Positions 1 to 8,037 of a stretch of DNA of 45,389 nucleotides are shown here, piece after piece. The stretch covers positions 1 to 45,389 of the forward strand of contig JBDRKX010000114.1 of the NCBI GenBank assembly GCA_043813605.1. Reading direction: 5' to 3'. Both the position numbers and the translations under genes were made by a program. The first letter of the stretch is position 1. Each line of letters starts with the position of its first letter. The notes under the pieces are model-generated. The model searched no databases and was not told the DNA's origin. It saw only the letters and a program-made list of their open reading frames with translations. This stretch comes from Elusimicrobiota bacterium. GTDB lineage: Bacteria > CG03 > SLGR01 > JBDRKX01.

Positions 1-46
1 TGTCCTTGAAGATAATCGGTACACTCATTCCAAAATAAATTTTTTC
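1..46 (-). repeat. Partial second copy of the REC-GAF gene 3' region (matches 9664-9709); runs off the window start
   Basis: 1-31 is identical to 9664-9694, and 44/46 nt match over 1-46 vs 9664-9709. Encodes EKIYFGMSVPIIFKD vs EKIYSGMSVPIIFKD. Confidence 0.9.
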
Positions 47-70
47 CACCAAAAATCCAATAAAAACATA

Positions 71-95
71 AAAACTGGGACGGATCTTGTTTTCA
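71..95. repeat. Cassette-boundary motif copy
   Basis: aaaactgggacggatcttgttttca, related to 1773-1797 and 5075-5099. Confidence 0.85.
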
Positions 96-101
96 TTACT
101 A

Positions 102-233
102 TTATACCGCTCCATTGATCGGAGTATTCTTTAATCCCTTAAAAATCTCATTAATTATATATAAACACCATTTTCCCAGGAAATTATCCGGCTCGTAAGT
201 CTTGATATTATTCGATATTTTCCTGGTTTTCAT
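102..233 (-). pseudogene. 5' fragment of a probable Wzm-type ABC-2 permease gene
   Basis: 43-aa ORF MKTRKISNNIKTYEPDNFLGKWCLYIINEIFKGLK... It shares TYEPDNFL, and DNA similarity, with the wzm-like remnant at 9331-9508. Confidence 0.5.
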
Positions 234-234
234 T

Positions 235-1560
235 TTATTCACCAATTGCCCACACCGGGATAAAATAAACAACAGTACTGTCTTTTTTAGTCTTGCCGTA
301 ATAATTCTTAGTGACTACTAATGCGATTTTCGGATTATAATTATGGATAAACGCGCGCAATCCTGAGGGGATATTTGCGTGACTCATTTCCTGGAATTTA
401 GATTCAACAGGAATCACTTCGCTTAACTCTATTATAAAATCAACTTCCGAACCCGCTTTTGTCCGCCAGAATTTTAATTCTTCACTTGTCTTTAATACGC
501 CATTTATCATACAAAACACATAATTCTCGATAAGACTGCCTAAATCAGGCCTTAAATCAAAAGAATTAAAAGATTTAATACTGCTGTTGCGCAAGCCTGA
601 ATCAAGAAAATATACTTTAGGCATTTTAATGATCTCTTTATGTTTATTCTTAAAATAGGGGCTAATGATTTTAATAATAAAAGTATTTTCAAGTATAAAA
701 AGATACCTTTTTAAAGTAGCATGATTTATCTTCAAATCTGTAGACAGATTATGCTCATTCATCAGATTTCCCACCTGCAGGGAAATCATCTTTACTAAAT
801 TATTAAAAGCAGCTATATCTTTTATTGAAAAAAGCTGTCCGATATCTTTTCTGACATAGGTAGTGTATATCTCATTTATCAACTCAATCTTTTTTGAAAT
901 ATCAATTTCTTTAACCACTGCAGGATATCCGCCATAATTAATATATTCCATAAATTCATTAAAAAGTTCTTCCTGATGGATCGGCAGTATTTTTTCAATT
1001 TTTAAGGTTTTACTGTCAATAACATTTCTTATTTGACAATTATTGATAATATTTAAAAGATCATTTCTTTTTTTGAATAAAAGATATTCAGAAAAGCTTA
1101 ATGTATTCAGTTCAAAAACCACCTTTCTGCCCACTAAGGAGTCTTTGAACTTGCGCTTAATATCTAAAGTTGAAGAACCCGAGGCAATTATCTTAATATT
1201 CTTGTAATGATCAACAAGCAGTTTTAAGAAATTAGAAGGGTTTTCAAGATACTGAATCTCATCTAAAAAAACATAAACTCTTTTGTTAAGGTCCGCGCCT
1301 TTTGACTTTAAAAACTTAATAAAAGATTCAACTCCACTATTTAAAAGCTCCAGTATCTGAAAATCTTCGAGATCATAGTAGAAAATACCGCCTTTATCTT
1401 TTTCAAAAATCTCTTTTATTAGAAGATAAAGGAGGCTGGTCTTCCCAACCTGGCGAGAACCTGTAATAAGAATTAACTTATTATCGGAGAACCATTTTAA
1501 TGCCTCCTCCAGTTTCCGGCGAGGTATAAGGTCTAACTTTATTATTTCTGATATTTTCAT
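235..1560 (-). CDS. COG1373 AAA+ ATPase (AAA_14 + DUF4143), copy 1
   Basis: Walker A GSRQVGKT, Walker B FLDEIQ, GGYP, KVYFLDSGL, C-terminal EVDFII...ESK nuclease-like motif. Confidence 0.93.
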   Translation of the reverse strand: MKISEIIKLDLIPRRKLEEALKWFSDNKLILITGSRQVGKTSLLYLLIKEIFEKDKGGIFYYDLEDFQILELLNSGVESFIKFLKSKGADLNKRVYVFLDEIQYLENPSNFLKLLVDHYKNIKIIASGSSTLDIKRKFKDSLVGRKVVFELNTLSFSEYLLFKKRNDLLNIINNCQIRNVIDSKTLKIEKILPIHQEELFNEFMEYINYGGYPAVVKEIDISKKIELINEIYTTYVRKDIGQLFSIKDIAAFNNLVKMISLQVGNLMNEHNLSTDLKINHATLKRYLFILENTFIIKIISPYFKNKHKEIIKMPKVYFLDSGLRNSSIKSFNSFDLRPDLGSLIENYVFCMINGVLKTSEELKFWRTKAGSEVDFIIELSEVIPVESKFQEMSHANIPSGLRAFIHNYNPKIALVVTKNYYGKTKKDSTVVYFIPVWAIGE

Positions 1561-1631
1561 ACTGTATTTTTAGTTTAACTAATATTACTACATAGCATAA
1601 TAATAATCAAGTTATTTTTATATATCCAGCT

Positions 1632-1700
1632 ATGTTCCAGCTCGACTGTTGGCTCAAAAATCAATTTATAACTCTTTTTCTTTGTCCTCAGGCAAAGATC
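1632..1700 (-). pseudogene. Internal fragment of a GT2-family glycosyltransferase
   Basis: Translates as DLCLRTKKKSYKLIFEPTVELEH, resembling the GT2 C-terminal D-L-C-L-R...G-Y-K/R-I...P...H motif. No start codon. Confidence 0.5.
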
Positions 1701-1723
1701 GGGTAAAAACAGGGACGGCCTCG

Positions 1724-1748
1724 AACTTGTTCCATTTTGGAACAAGTT
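1724..1748. repeat. Perfect 11-bp inverted repeat
   Basis: aacttgttcca-ttt-tggaacaagtt, directly after a partial boundary motif (aaaacagggacgg, 1706-1718). Confidence 0.8.
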
Positions 1749-1772
1749 GCCGAATCTTGCTTACTCCCGCAT

Positions 1773-1860
1773 AAAACGGGGTCGGACCTTGTTTCCACTT
1801 TTTTTCAACATCCCATTATCACGCGCCGGTTCACCGGTCTTCCTCCAGCAGCCATTTCCA
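1773..1860. repeat. 88-bp direct repeat copy A (boundary motif + 3' tail of ATPase 2)
   Basis: 82/88 identical to 5075-5162 by manual alignment. Confidence 0.93.
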
Positions 1861-3111
1861 TAACGGTATAATTTTGATATTCTTTCCTTTCTCATTAACA
1901 GCGTCTTCCTTTTCACAGGTAATTATTTTTCCTTCAGCCAAATTAAATTTTTCCATAGCCCGGATTAAACTGGAAGTTTCTCTTTTTTGTGTTTTTATGT
2001 CGTCAATATTAAAGCAGACCTGAATACATTCTTTAACTTTCCGGCCCTCTCTTATGATAAAATCCACTTCTTTTCCCGCATTGTCTTTATAATAATAAAT
2101 TTCTTTTTTACGCCGTTTTAATTCCATAAACACAAGATTCTCATACATCCTTCCGATATCCTGCGAAGAAGAATACCCCACTGCCTCCATAAGCCCGTTA
2201 TCAATGACATATATTTTTTTGACTTTACTGTGCGTGTCTTTAACAGAATGTGAGAACCGGGGCAATTCAGAAAACATAAAAGTTGATTCAAGATATTGCG
2301 TATAATTTTTTGCCGTATGAACGCTGCCTAAATTATAGACATTCTTTATCCTGTTATATGAAAATTCATTCGCCGCATTAGATAAAAGAAACCGGGCAAT
2401 TTCTTCCATTGTCTTTACATTTCTAATGTTATATCTTCTAATAACATCTTTTGTTATAACATCTGTAAATAAACTCCTGAGAATATCCAGGCGGTCATTC
2501 TGTACCGCTTCCGGGAAACCGCCTAAATGCAGATATTTTTCAAAATATTTTTTTAGCTTTGCTCTATCCGCCGTTTTGTATAACATTTTTTCTTCATATT
2601 TAACGCCTTTATATTTTAAATATTCCAGAAAGGAAAACGGATAAACATCGATATCCATATGCCGGCCGGTTAATAATGTAGACAGTTCCGAAGAAAGCAA
2701 TTTTGCGTTTGAGCCTGTAATGAATATCTTGTACCCTTCATTAAATAAGCGCGCAACAAAACTCTCCCAACCTGCTATATTCTGAATCTCATCCAGGAAC
2801 ACGGTTTTTTTGTTTCCGAACAGGCTTATCTGAATTTCAATAACTCTATTCAGGTCTTTTACATTAAGCCCGGCTATCCGCTCATCATCGAAGTTTATAT
2901 AGAAGACATTATCTTTTCCATAAAACCCGTTAATAATCTGTGACAGCAATACGGATTTACCGGATCTCCGGTGACCTGTTATTACCAGAATATGTTTCAA
3001 GTCAATAAGCCCCGGAACTTCCTTTAAAACTTCCCTTTTTACATATTGTTCGGGCTCTTTCAGAAGTTCTTTCTGCTCAATTATTACTTGTTTTAATATA
3101 TTTTCATTCAT
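1831..3111 (-). CDS. COG1373 AAA+ ATPase, copy 2
   Basis: GHRRSGKS, FLDEIQ, TGSNAKLLS, GGFPE, KIYVIDNGL, EVDFII..IQVC, IPLWKWLL. Confidence 0.93.
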   Translation of the reverse strand: MNENILKQVIIEQKELLKEPEQYVKREVLKEVPGLIDLKHILVITGHRRSGKSVLLSQIINGFYGKDNVFYINFDDERIAGLNVKDLNRVIEIQISLFGNKKTVFLDEIQNIAGWESFVARLFNEGYKIFITGSNAKLLSSELSTLLTGRHMDIDVYPFSFLEYLKYKGVKYEEKMLYKTADRAKLKKYFEKYLHLGGFPEAVQNDRLDILRSLFTDVITKDVIRRYNIRNVKTMEEIARFLLSNAANEFSYNRIKNVYNLGSVHTAKNYTQYLESTFMFSELPRFSHSVKDTHSKVKKIYVIDNGLMEAVGYSSSQDIGRMYENLVFMELKRRKKEIYYYKDNAGKEVDFIIREGRKVKECIQVCFNIDDIKTQKRETSSLIRAMEKFNLAEGKIITCEKEDAVNEKGKNIKIIPLWKWLLEEDR

Positions 3112-3144
3112 TACTATATGTTTTCATTGTACTGCAAATAATTC

Positions 3145-3178
3145 TAATATAATTTGCATTATAGTGCAAATTATATTA
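3145..3178. promoter_or_regulatory. 34-bp palindrome upstream of ATPase 2, candidate operator
   Basis: taatataatttgcatta/tagtgcaaattatatta, one mismatch, 34 bp upstream of the start. Confidence 0.6.
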
Positions 3179-3267
3179 AGAAATTCCGGGGCTGAGCCTC
3201 CAAAATTACATAAACTCCAATTTTTTCATGTATGATAGGGACGTGCATTGACTTATTGACTTTTTCG

Positions 3268-3323
3268 AAAAACCGGGACGGTTCTGGTTTCTCATTTTGT
3301 CTTATTGTAAAGCACCGTCCCCT
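3268..3323. repeat. Boundary-motif variant plus inverted partner
   Basis: aaaaaccgggacggttctggtttctca followed by gcaccgtcccctc (gggacggt/accgtccc inverted pair). Confidence 0.7.
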
Positions 3324-3427
3324 CTATAACCCTATCAGCTAAAAGTTTCTTTCCTGAACCAGAGAAAATCATATAGTTTGCGTAAAATTCCTGTCATTAT
3401 ATTCTCCTATTTACACAACACCAAAAA

Positions 3428-3505
3428 TCCGAGGCCGGACCTCGGACTATCACTCGCAAACAATATTTTATGTCGTCTGATAACGTCCGAGGTTCGGCCT
3501 CGGAC
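3428..3505. repeat. REP/REPIN-like doublet of two hairpins in inverted orientation
   Basis: tccgagg-ccgga-cctcgga (3428-3446) and gtccgagg-ttcgg-cctcggac (3485-3505). They are reverse complements of each other with one mismatch. Confidence 0.8.
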
Positions 3506-3552
3506 AAAATACCTCAAAAACTCCAATAAATACTTAAAAACGGGGCTATGAT

Positions 3553-4359
3553 CTATATATTTAATAACTTATACAAATTTTCCTTACTTAGAATTTTCAT
3601 CTCATCCCTGTTTTCTAAAAATCTGCCAACATCATCTCTAACCTTATTAATATCAAGCCGGCCGATAACTTCTTTTAGTTTATCCTTCCATTCATTTCCC
3701 GCAAACCCGGGTAATTCCTTTGAGGTCTGGCGCAGAGCATTATTGAGCATAGTTACATTGGGCTCCAGACCTTTAAAATTCGTTAAATACCATAACAGAT
3801 CATACCAGTCCCTTCCTTTGGTATATTTTCTGCACAGCAGGGCATGTACCTTTCCCGCAAACAGGGACGGCAGATCATAATGAAGCATATAAAACATATA
3901 TACCGAATTATATAATGTAACTTCTTCTCTGCCGCCGGCCGGCGGGTTTATATCTATTTCTATTTTTACGGCCAATTTTTCATCCCGATGCGCTGTTATG
4001 TCATATTCAAAAAGCAAATCCGGGAATTTAACAAACGCATTATGAACATTGCCGGTTCCGTTATATTTTATTTCCGGTTTGTAACCCGCGGATAAAAGTT
4101 CATCTTTTATTATTTTTAAGAGCTTTTCAAAATCGTATCCCTTCGCTCCCGCAGACAGGCTGAAATCCATATCTTCGGAAAATCTTCCTGTTTTATACAG
4201 AATCCTTAAAGCGGTCCCGCCGCAGAAAACCAGGTTTTTATATATTTTTTTCTTATAAAGCACGTAAAGCAGGTATTTCTGCAGATATTCCCTTATCCGG
4301 TTTTTATTATCGTCGGGAAATAATTTTTTATCTATAATATCTTTGATATGATCTTTCAT
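3553..4359 (-). CDS. abiEii: Type IV TA toxin, AbiEii/AbiGii nucleotidyltransferase
   Basis: FCGGTALR, RFSEDMDF, KVHALLCR and KGRDWYD motifs. Overlaps the upstream antitoxin by 4 bp. Confidence 0.92.
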   Translation of the reverse strand: MKDHIKDIIDKKLFPDDNKNRIREYLQKYLLYVLYKKKIYKNLVFCGGTALRILYKTGRFSEDMDFSLSAGAKGYDFEKLLKIIKDELLSAGYKPEIKYNGTGNVHNAFVKFPDLLFEYDITAHRDEKLAVKIEIDINPPAGGREEVTLYNSVYMFYMLHYDLPSLFAGKVHALLCRKYTKGRDWYDLLWYLTNFKGLEPNVTMLNNALRQTSKELPGFAGNEWKDKLKEVIGRLDINKVRDDVGRFLENRDEMKILSKENLYKLLNI

Positions 4360-4991
4360 AATTTCTTATAATCTTTTTTATATCGTTCCGCATACCTGAT
4401 TAATTCTGTTAGATTATTTTTTACCCTGCTGTTATATGCCGATTTATACGAATTCAGGACCTTAAAGTCTAAAATCTCCAGGTTTTGAAGCCTGATTGCA
4501 TCAAATTCGGAAAAATTTCCCTGAAGCTGGGGGTTAAAATAAAAATAATCCGCAAGAGCTTTTTCCGGAACAGCAATAAAAAACTCCTGGTCATTCTCCT
4601 TTTCCTTTTTAAAACCGGAAAAAAGCGATTCTTTCAAAGAACGGTATTCAAACCTTCCAAAATAATTTTTAAAAACATTTGTTTTCTTTGTAGTTACAGA
4701 AGTTATTACTTCCACTTTTTCCGGAATCAAATTATAAAAACCCAGGGTATACTCAAGACTTACATAAGAAGGCGCCACCATAAAATTGGCAATAAATTTT
4801 TTTGAAGGCTTTATTTTTCTATACTCTTCACTAAAAACATACAGCCCTTTCTTTAAAGGCAAAAGATATCCTTTTTTTACCCATTCTCTTACCTGTCTGC
4901 GTAAATTCAACGGATTCCCGTAAAAAGAAAAAGTACTTGAATCTATTACAGGAACATCTTTATAAACTTTAATAAAATCTCTAAGTTTCAT
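4356..4991 (-). CDS. abiEi: Type IV TA antitoxin, AbiEi-type transcriptional regulator
   Basis: N-terminal wHTH (WVKKGYLLPLKKGLY), PSYVSLEY...LIPE, PEKALAD; upstream of abiEii. Confidence 0.88.
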   Translation of the reverse strand: MKLRDFIKVYKDVPVIDSSTFSFYGNPLNLRRQVREWVKKGYLLPLKKGLYVFSEEYRKIKPSKKFIANFMVAPSYVSLEYTLGFYNLIPEKVEVITSVTTKKTNVFKNYFGRFEYRSLKESLFSGFKKEKENDQEFFIAVPEKALADYFYFNPQLQGNFSEFDAIRLQNLEILDFKVLNSYKSAYNSRVKNNLTELIRYAERYKKDYKKL

Positions 4992-5028
4992 TTCTTTATA
5001 TTGATATTATTATCTATCTGTAGAAATG

Positions 5029-5057
5029 AATATAACATGAAATGTAGGATTTTTCAA
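5029..5057 (-). promoter_or_regulatory. sigma70-type promoter of the abiE operon
   Basis: TTGAAA-17 bp-TATATT with extended -10 TG. Confidence 0.65.
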
Positions 5058-5074
5058 GTACTGTCTGTCATGGA

Positions 5075-5162
5075 AAAACGGGGACGGACCTTGTTTTCAC
5101 TTTTTTTCAACATCCGATTATCATGCGCCGGTTCACCGCGCTTCCTCCAGCAGCCATTTCCA
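5075..5162. repeat. 88-bp direct repeat copy B (boundary motif + 3' tail of ATPase 3)
   Basis: 82/88 identical to 1773-1860. Confidence 0.93.
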
Positions 5163-6410
5163 GACAGGTTGCATTCTTATATCAATACCCTTCTCCTTTA
5201 TATTGTCTTCCTGGTCATTGGTAAGTATTTTTCCTTTTTTCAGATTTAAATGCCTGCAACACTCAGCCAGGCCGTGTATTTCTCTATCCCGGTTTGTTTC
5301 ATCCATATAATAACATACCTGGACAGCGCTGAATTTGTTGTCTTTTTTTGTAACAAAATCACATTCGCTGTCATTTGAAAAATAAAATACCTCATCATTT
5401 TCTTTTCTTAATTTGAGAAAAACCATATTTTCAAGGAGCCGGCCGGAATCTTCAGAAGTCGCCCGCCTGGCAAGTCCGGTGTCAGGCAGGTATATTTTAG
5501 ACGGGTTCCTGTGCCGTTTATAGGTTGATTCTGAAAATATTTTTACTTCGTATATAAGCATGCTGGAAATGAAATTCCTGTAATATTCATACAGGCTGTC
5601 TTTAGAAAACGGGAATTTATCTTTGTACTGTTTATAAAAAGCGTTTAACGACATCCTGCATGCGAACGATGAAAAAAGTTTATCGGCCAGAGCGCCTATA
5701 AGCGATATGTTGGCCATGTCATATCTTTCAACAAGGTCTCTGAAAAACAGCGCGCGGAAATATTCGCGCAGCAGCTTATTCTTCTGAAATTCATCATCCG
5801 ATAATACTATTTCGGGAAATCCGCCCCATTTCATATATTTTTGAAAGAGGTTTTTTGTAATCGTATTTTTAGGCCCGAATAAGTATTCATTATTAACGGG
5901 TATATTAATAATATCCAAATATTCTTTAAAAGAAAACGGCGTTATCTCAATGCTCCATTCTCTGCCTCTCAGGGAAGTATGGATGTCTTCAGGTGAAAAT
6001 TTTGAAGAAGAGCCGGCAACAAATACTTTTATGTTCTCTTTTTCTACAGCTCTCCTGCAGATTTTTTCCCATCCTTCGACATTTTGAATCTCATCAAGAA
6101 AAAAATACTTCTCTTTATCAAGCAGATCCGGATACAGCTCATAGAAGGCTTCTTTTAAATCATCGAAATCCTTGAGCTTGAACTCACAGATACGATCATC
6201 TTCAAAATCAATATATAATGAATTCTTCAGGTTTTCCCGGAAAAGATCATATAATATATATGTTTTTCCGCTCCTCCTGACACCGTATAATAAAATAACT
6301 TTTTTTAAATCCTGCGGTAAATTAATTCGGCCCCTGTGAAGAAGCGGTTTTATTTTTCCCGCAAGTTCTTTATTCTCAAGTATTATTTTTTTAAGCAGTT
6401 CCTTATTCAC
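5133..6410 (-). CDS. COG1373 AAA+ ATPase, copy 3
   Basis: GTG start, GVRRSGKT, FLDEIQ, GGFPE, KIYLPDTGL, ECDFV..VQVC, PVWKWLL. Confidence 0.93.
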   Translation of the reverse strand: MNKELLKKIILENKELAGKIKPLLHRGRINLPQDLKKVILLYGVRRSGKTYILYDLFRENLKNSLYIDFEDDRICEFKLKDFDDLKEAFYELYPDLLDKEKYFFLDEIQNVEGWEKICRRAVEKENIKVFVAGSSSKFSPEDIHTSLRGREWSIEITPFSFKEYLDIINIPVNNEYLFGPKNTITKNLFQKYMKWGGFPEIVLSDDEFQKNKLLREYFRALFFRDLVERYDMANISLIGALADKLFSSFACRMSLNAFYKQYKDKFPFSKDSLYEYYRNFISSMLIYEVKIFSESTYKRHRNPSKIYLPDTGLARRATSEDSGRLLENMVFLKLRKENDEVFYFSNDSECDFVTKKDNKFSAVQVCYYMDETNRDREIHGLAECCRHLNLKKGKILTNDQEDNIKEKGIDIRMQPVWKWLLEEAR

Positions 6411-6415
6411 AAAAT

Positions 6416-6462
6416 TATCCTTTAATTAAGGATATAATAATAGTTATTTATCCTTTTTTCAA
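6416..6462 (-). promoter_or_regulatory. Promoter and operator-like inverted repeat of ATPase 3
   Basis: TTGAAA(6462-6457)-17-TATTAT(6439-6434). Inverted repeat tatcctt-taatt-aaggata at 6416-6434, plus an extra tatcctt half-site. Confidence 0.6.
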
Positions 6463-6465
6463 GTA

Positions 6466-6490
6466 TAAACGTGAACAGGCCTTGTTTTTA
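6466..6490. repeat. Degenerate boundary motif
   Basis: taaacgtgaacaggccttgttttta, 19/25 match to the 5075-5099 copy; lies between the ATPase 4 stop and the ATPase 3 -35 box. Confidence 0.7.
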
Positions 6491-6505
6491 TTATTTCACT
6501 CATAT

Positions 6506-7693
6506 TTATATCAATCCCGCAAGAAACAGAGGCCTTTTTATGCCGGTAGTTTCCAGCGAATGCGTCAGTATCATTTTTTTCTTTTCCGTTATGCCCTTAA
6601 ACTGCTGGCGGCCCTTTCCCTTTCCTCCGATCTCAACAACTATCCTTCCATTGTACGCCGGGATCAAGTAATCCGGTGTTTTTGCTCCCCTGGTTGTCTT
6701 CAGGTAATAAATTTCCTTGCCCAGAGACAGCATTGTCTCAACAAAAAAGTCTTCCCTTAAAGCGCCCCTGGCGTCTTCAAAATCTTTGTATATCAGCCTG
6801 TACGGTAAAGCCATAAGTATTTTGGGTTCTTTTAAGACATTGGTTCCTTCAGGCATTACCCGCAGCAGAATAAAAGCTTTTTCAAGCAGCGAAACATACT
6901 GCTCGGCTTTATATTTAGTAATATTAAGATTCCTGGAAAGCGAGCTGTAATTAATTCCGTCTATCTGGGATTTACCGATAAACGCAAGCAGGCGGGCAAT
7001 TACATCAATCTCCGCCATTGTTATTCTCCCTATCACGGCAATATCTTTTCTTATAACTGTGTTTACAATGTTTTTTAGCAATAGAATCGGGGAAGGCTCT
7101 TCCAGAGAAAACGGGAGATTTCCGCCTTTTATATAAGAATCAAACCTGTCGGCAAAAGAAAAAACTTCGCCCGGCCAGGTCTTATCAAGTATAGTTTCAA
7201 TGGTAATGGGAGATATTTCGGCATCATGCCGGAAATACAGGTATTCTCTGAACGAGAAAGGATACAGTTTTTTAATTGATATTCTCCGGGAAAGGTCATA
7301 CTCTGAGCTGAATAGCGCCAGAGATACAGAACTTGTGAAAAAAACTTTAACATCCAGAAAATCATAAATTTTCTTAAGACTTTCCTCGTAATGCAGGTTA
7401 AAATGAACTTCGTCAAGTAAAAAGGTACTGACTTTCAGGTTCTGGTGTAATTCTCTGACAATTTCAAATAGATCGCCTTCCGCAGTATCAAGCGATATAT
7501 AAAAACTCTCCTGAACAGCCAGTGCTAATTGTTTGAGGAGTACTGTCTTTCCGGCGCCTCTCGGACCCGCTATGCCTAAAAAATGCCGGCCTCTGTCCTC
7601 AGTCAACCGTGAAAACAGAAATCTTTTTTTTGTATATTTTTTCCCGTCTTCACGGGCAAGCCGGTTAAATTCAATCAGCTTTGATAGTTCCAT
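6506..7693 (-). CDS. COG1373-like AAA+ ATPase, copy 4 (divergent subfamily)
   Basis: GPRGAGKT, LLDEVH, DLSRR, GNLPF, C-terminal PDYLI..VEIGGKGKGRQQ. Confidence 0.9.
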   Translation of the reverse strand: MELSKLIEFNRLAREDGKKYTKKRFLFSRLTEDRGRHFLGIAGPRGAGKTVLLKQLALAVQESFYISLDTAEGDLFEIVRELHQNLKVSTFLLDEVHFNLHYEESLKKIYDFLDVKVFFTSSVSLALFSSEYDLSRRISIKKLYPFSFREYLYFRHDAEISPITIETILDKTWPGEVFSFADRFDSYIKGGNLPFSLEEPSPILLLKNIVNTVIRKDIAVIGRITMAEIDVIARLLAFIGKSQIDGINYSSLSRNLNITKYKAEQYVSLLEKAFILLRVMPEGTNVLKEPKILMALPYRLIYKDFEDARGALREDFFVETMLSLGKEIYYLKTTRGAKTPDYLIPAYNGRIVVEIGGKGKGRQQFKGITEKKKMILTHSLETTGIKRPLFLAGLI

Positions 7694-7750
7694 ATTTTTA
7701 TATTTTCCGTAATTTAATTTATGTTATACGTAAAATCATTTTACAAGATG

Positions 7751-7960
7751 ATAGACATTTTGTTAAATTGTTCTCCTAAATGTACATATACTTTACAGTA
7801 TTTTTTTCAAATAGCCAATTGTACTGCACTAATTTGTACACTTTAGAGCATTACAATGTAATTATTGCTCTTTTTGGACAACTTTGTCAAATTTGACATA
7901 ATAATAGACATTTTGTTAAATTGTTCTCCTAAATGTACATATACTTTACAGTATTTTTTT
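7751..7960. repeat. Perfect 57-bp direct repeat (7751-7807 and 7904-7960)
   Basis: atagacattttgttaaattgttctcctaaatgtacatatactttacagtattttttt occurs twice, 153 bp apart. Confidence 0.95.
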
Positions 7961-7992
7961 TCCAAGAGCCGCTTTCACAAAGGGATAACAAC
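7960..7992 (-). pseudogene. Decayed C-terminal tail of another COG1373 ATPase
   Basis: Reads VVIPL*KRLLE, compared with KIIPLWKWLLE of ATPase 2 (Trp codons changed to TGA and CGG). Confidence 0.6.
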
Positions 7993-8037
7993 GGTTCTAT
8001 TTTTCTTCCAGCAGCAATATCCCGGAGCTTTTTGCTC

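Noticed and set aside
1773..5162. Diversity-generating retroelement TR/VR pair
   Set aside because: No reverse transcriptase, both copies are gene ends, and the six differences are not adenine-specific.
7751..7960. Mini CRISPR array from the 57-bp repeat
   Set aside because: Only two copies, repeat and 96-bp spacer too long, no cas genes.
7975..7977. TGA read as Trp (alternative code) or Sec in VVIPL*KRLLE
   Set aside because: TGA ends several intact genes here (e.g. ATPase 2, rnfA-adjacent rnfE), the second Trp is also mutated, and there is no upstream ORF, so this is decay.
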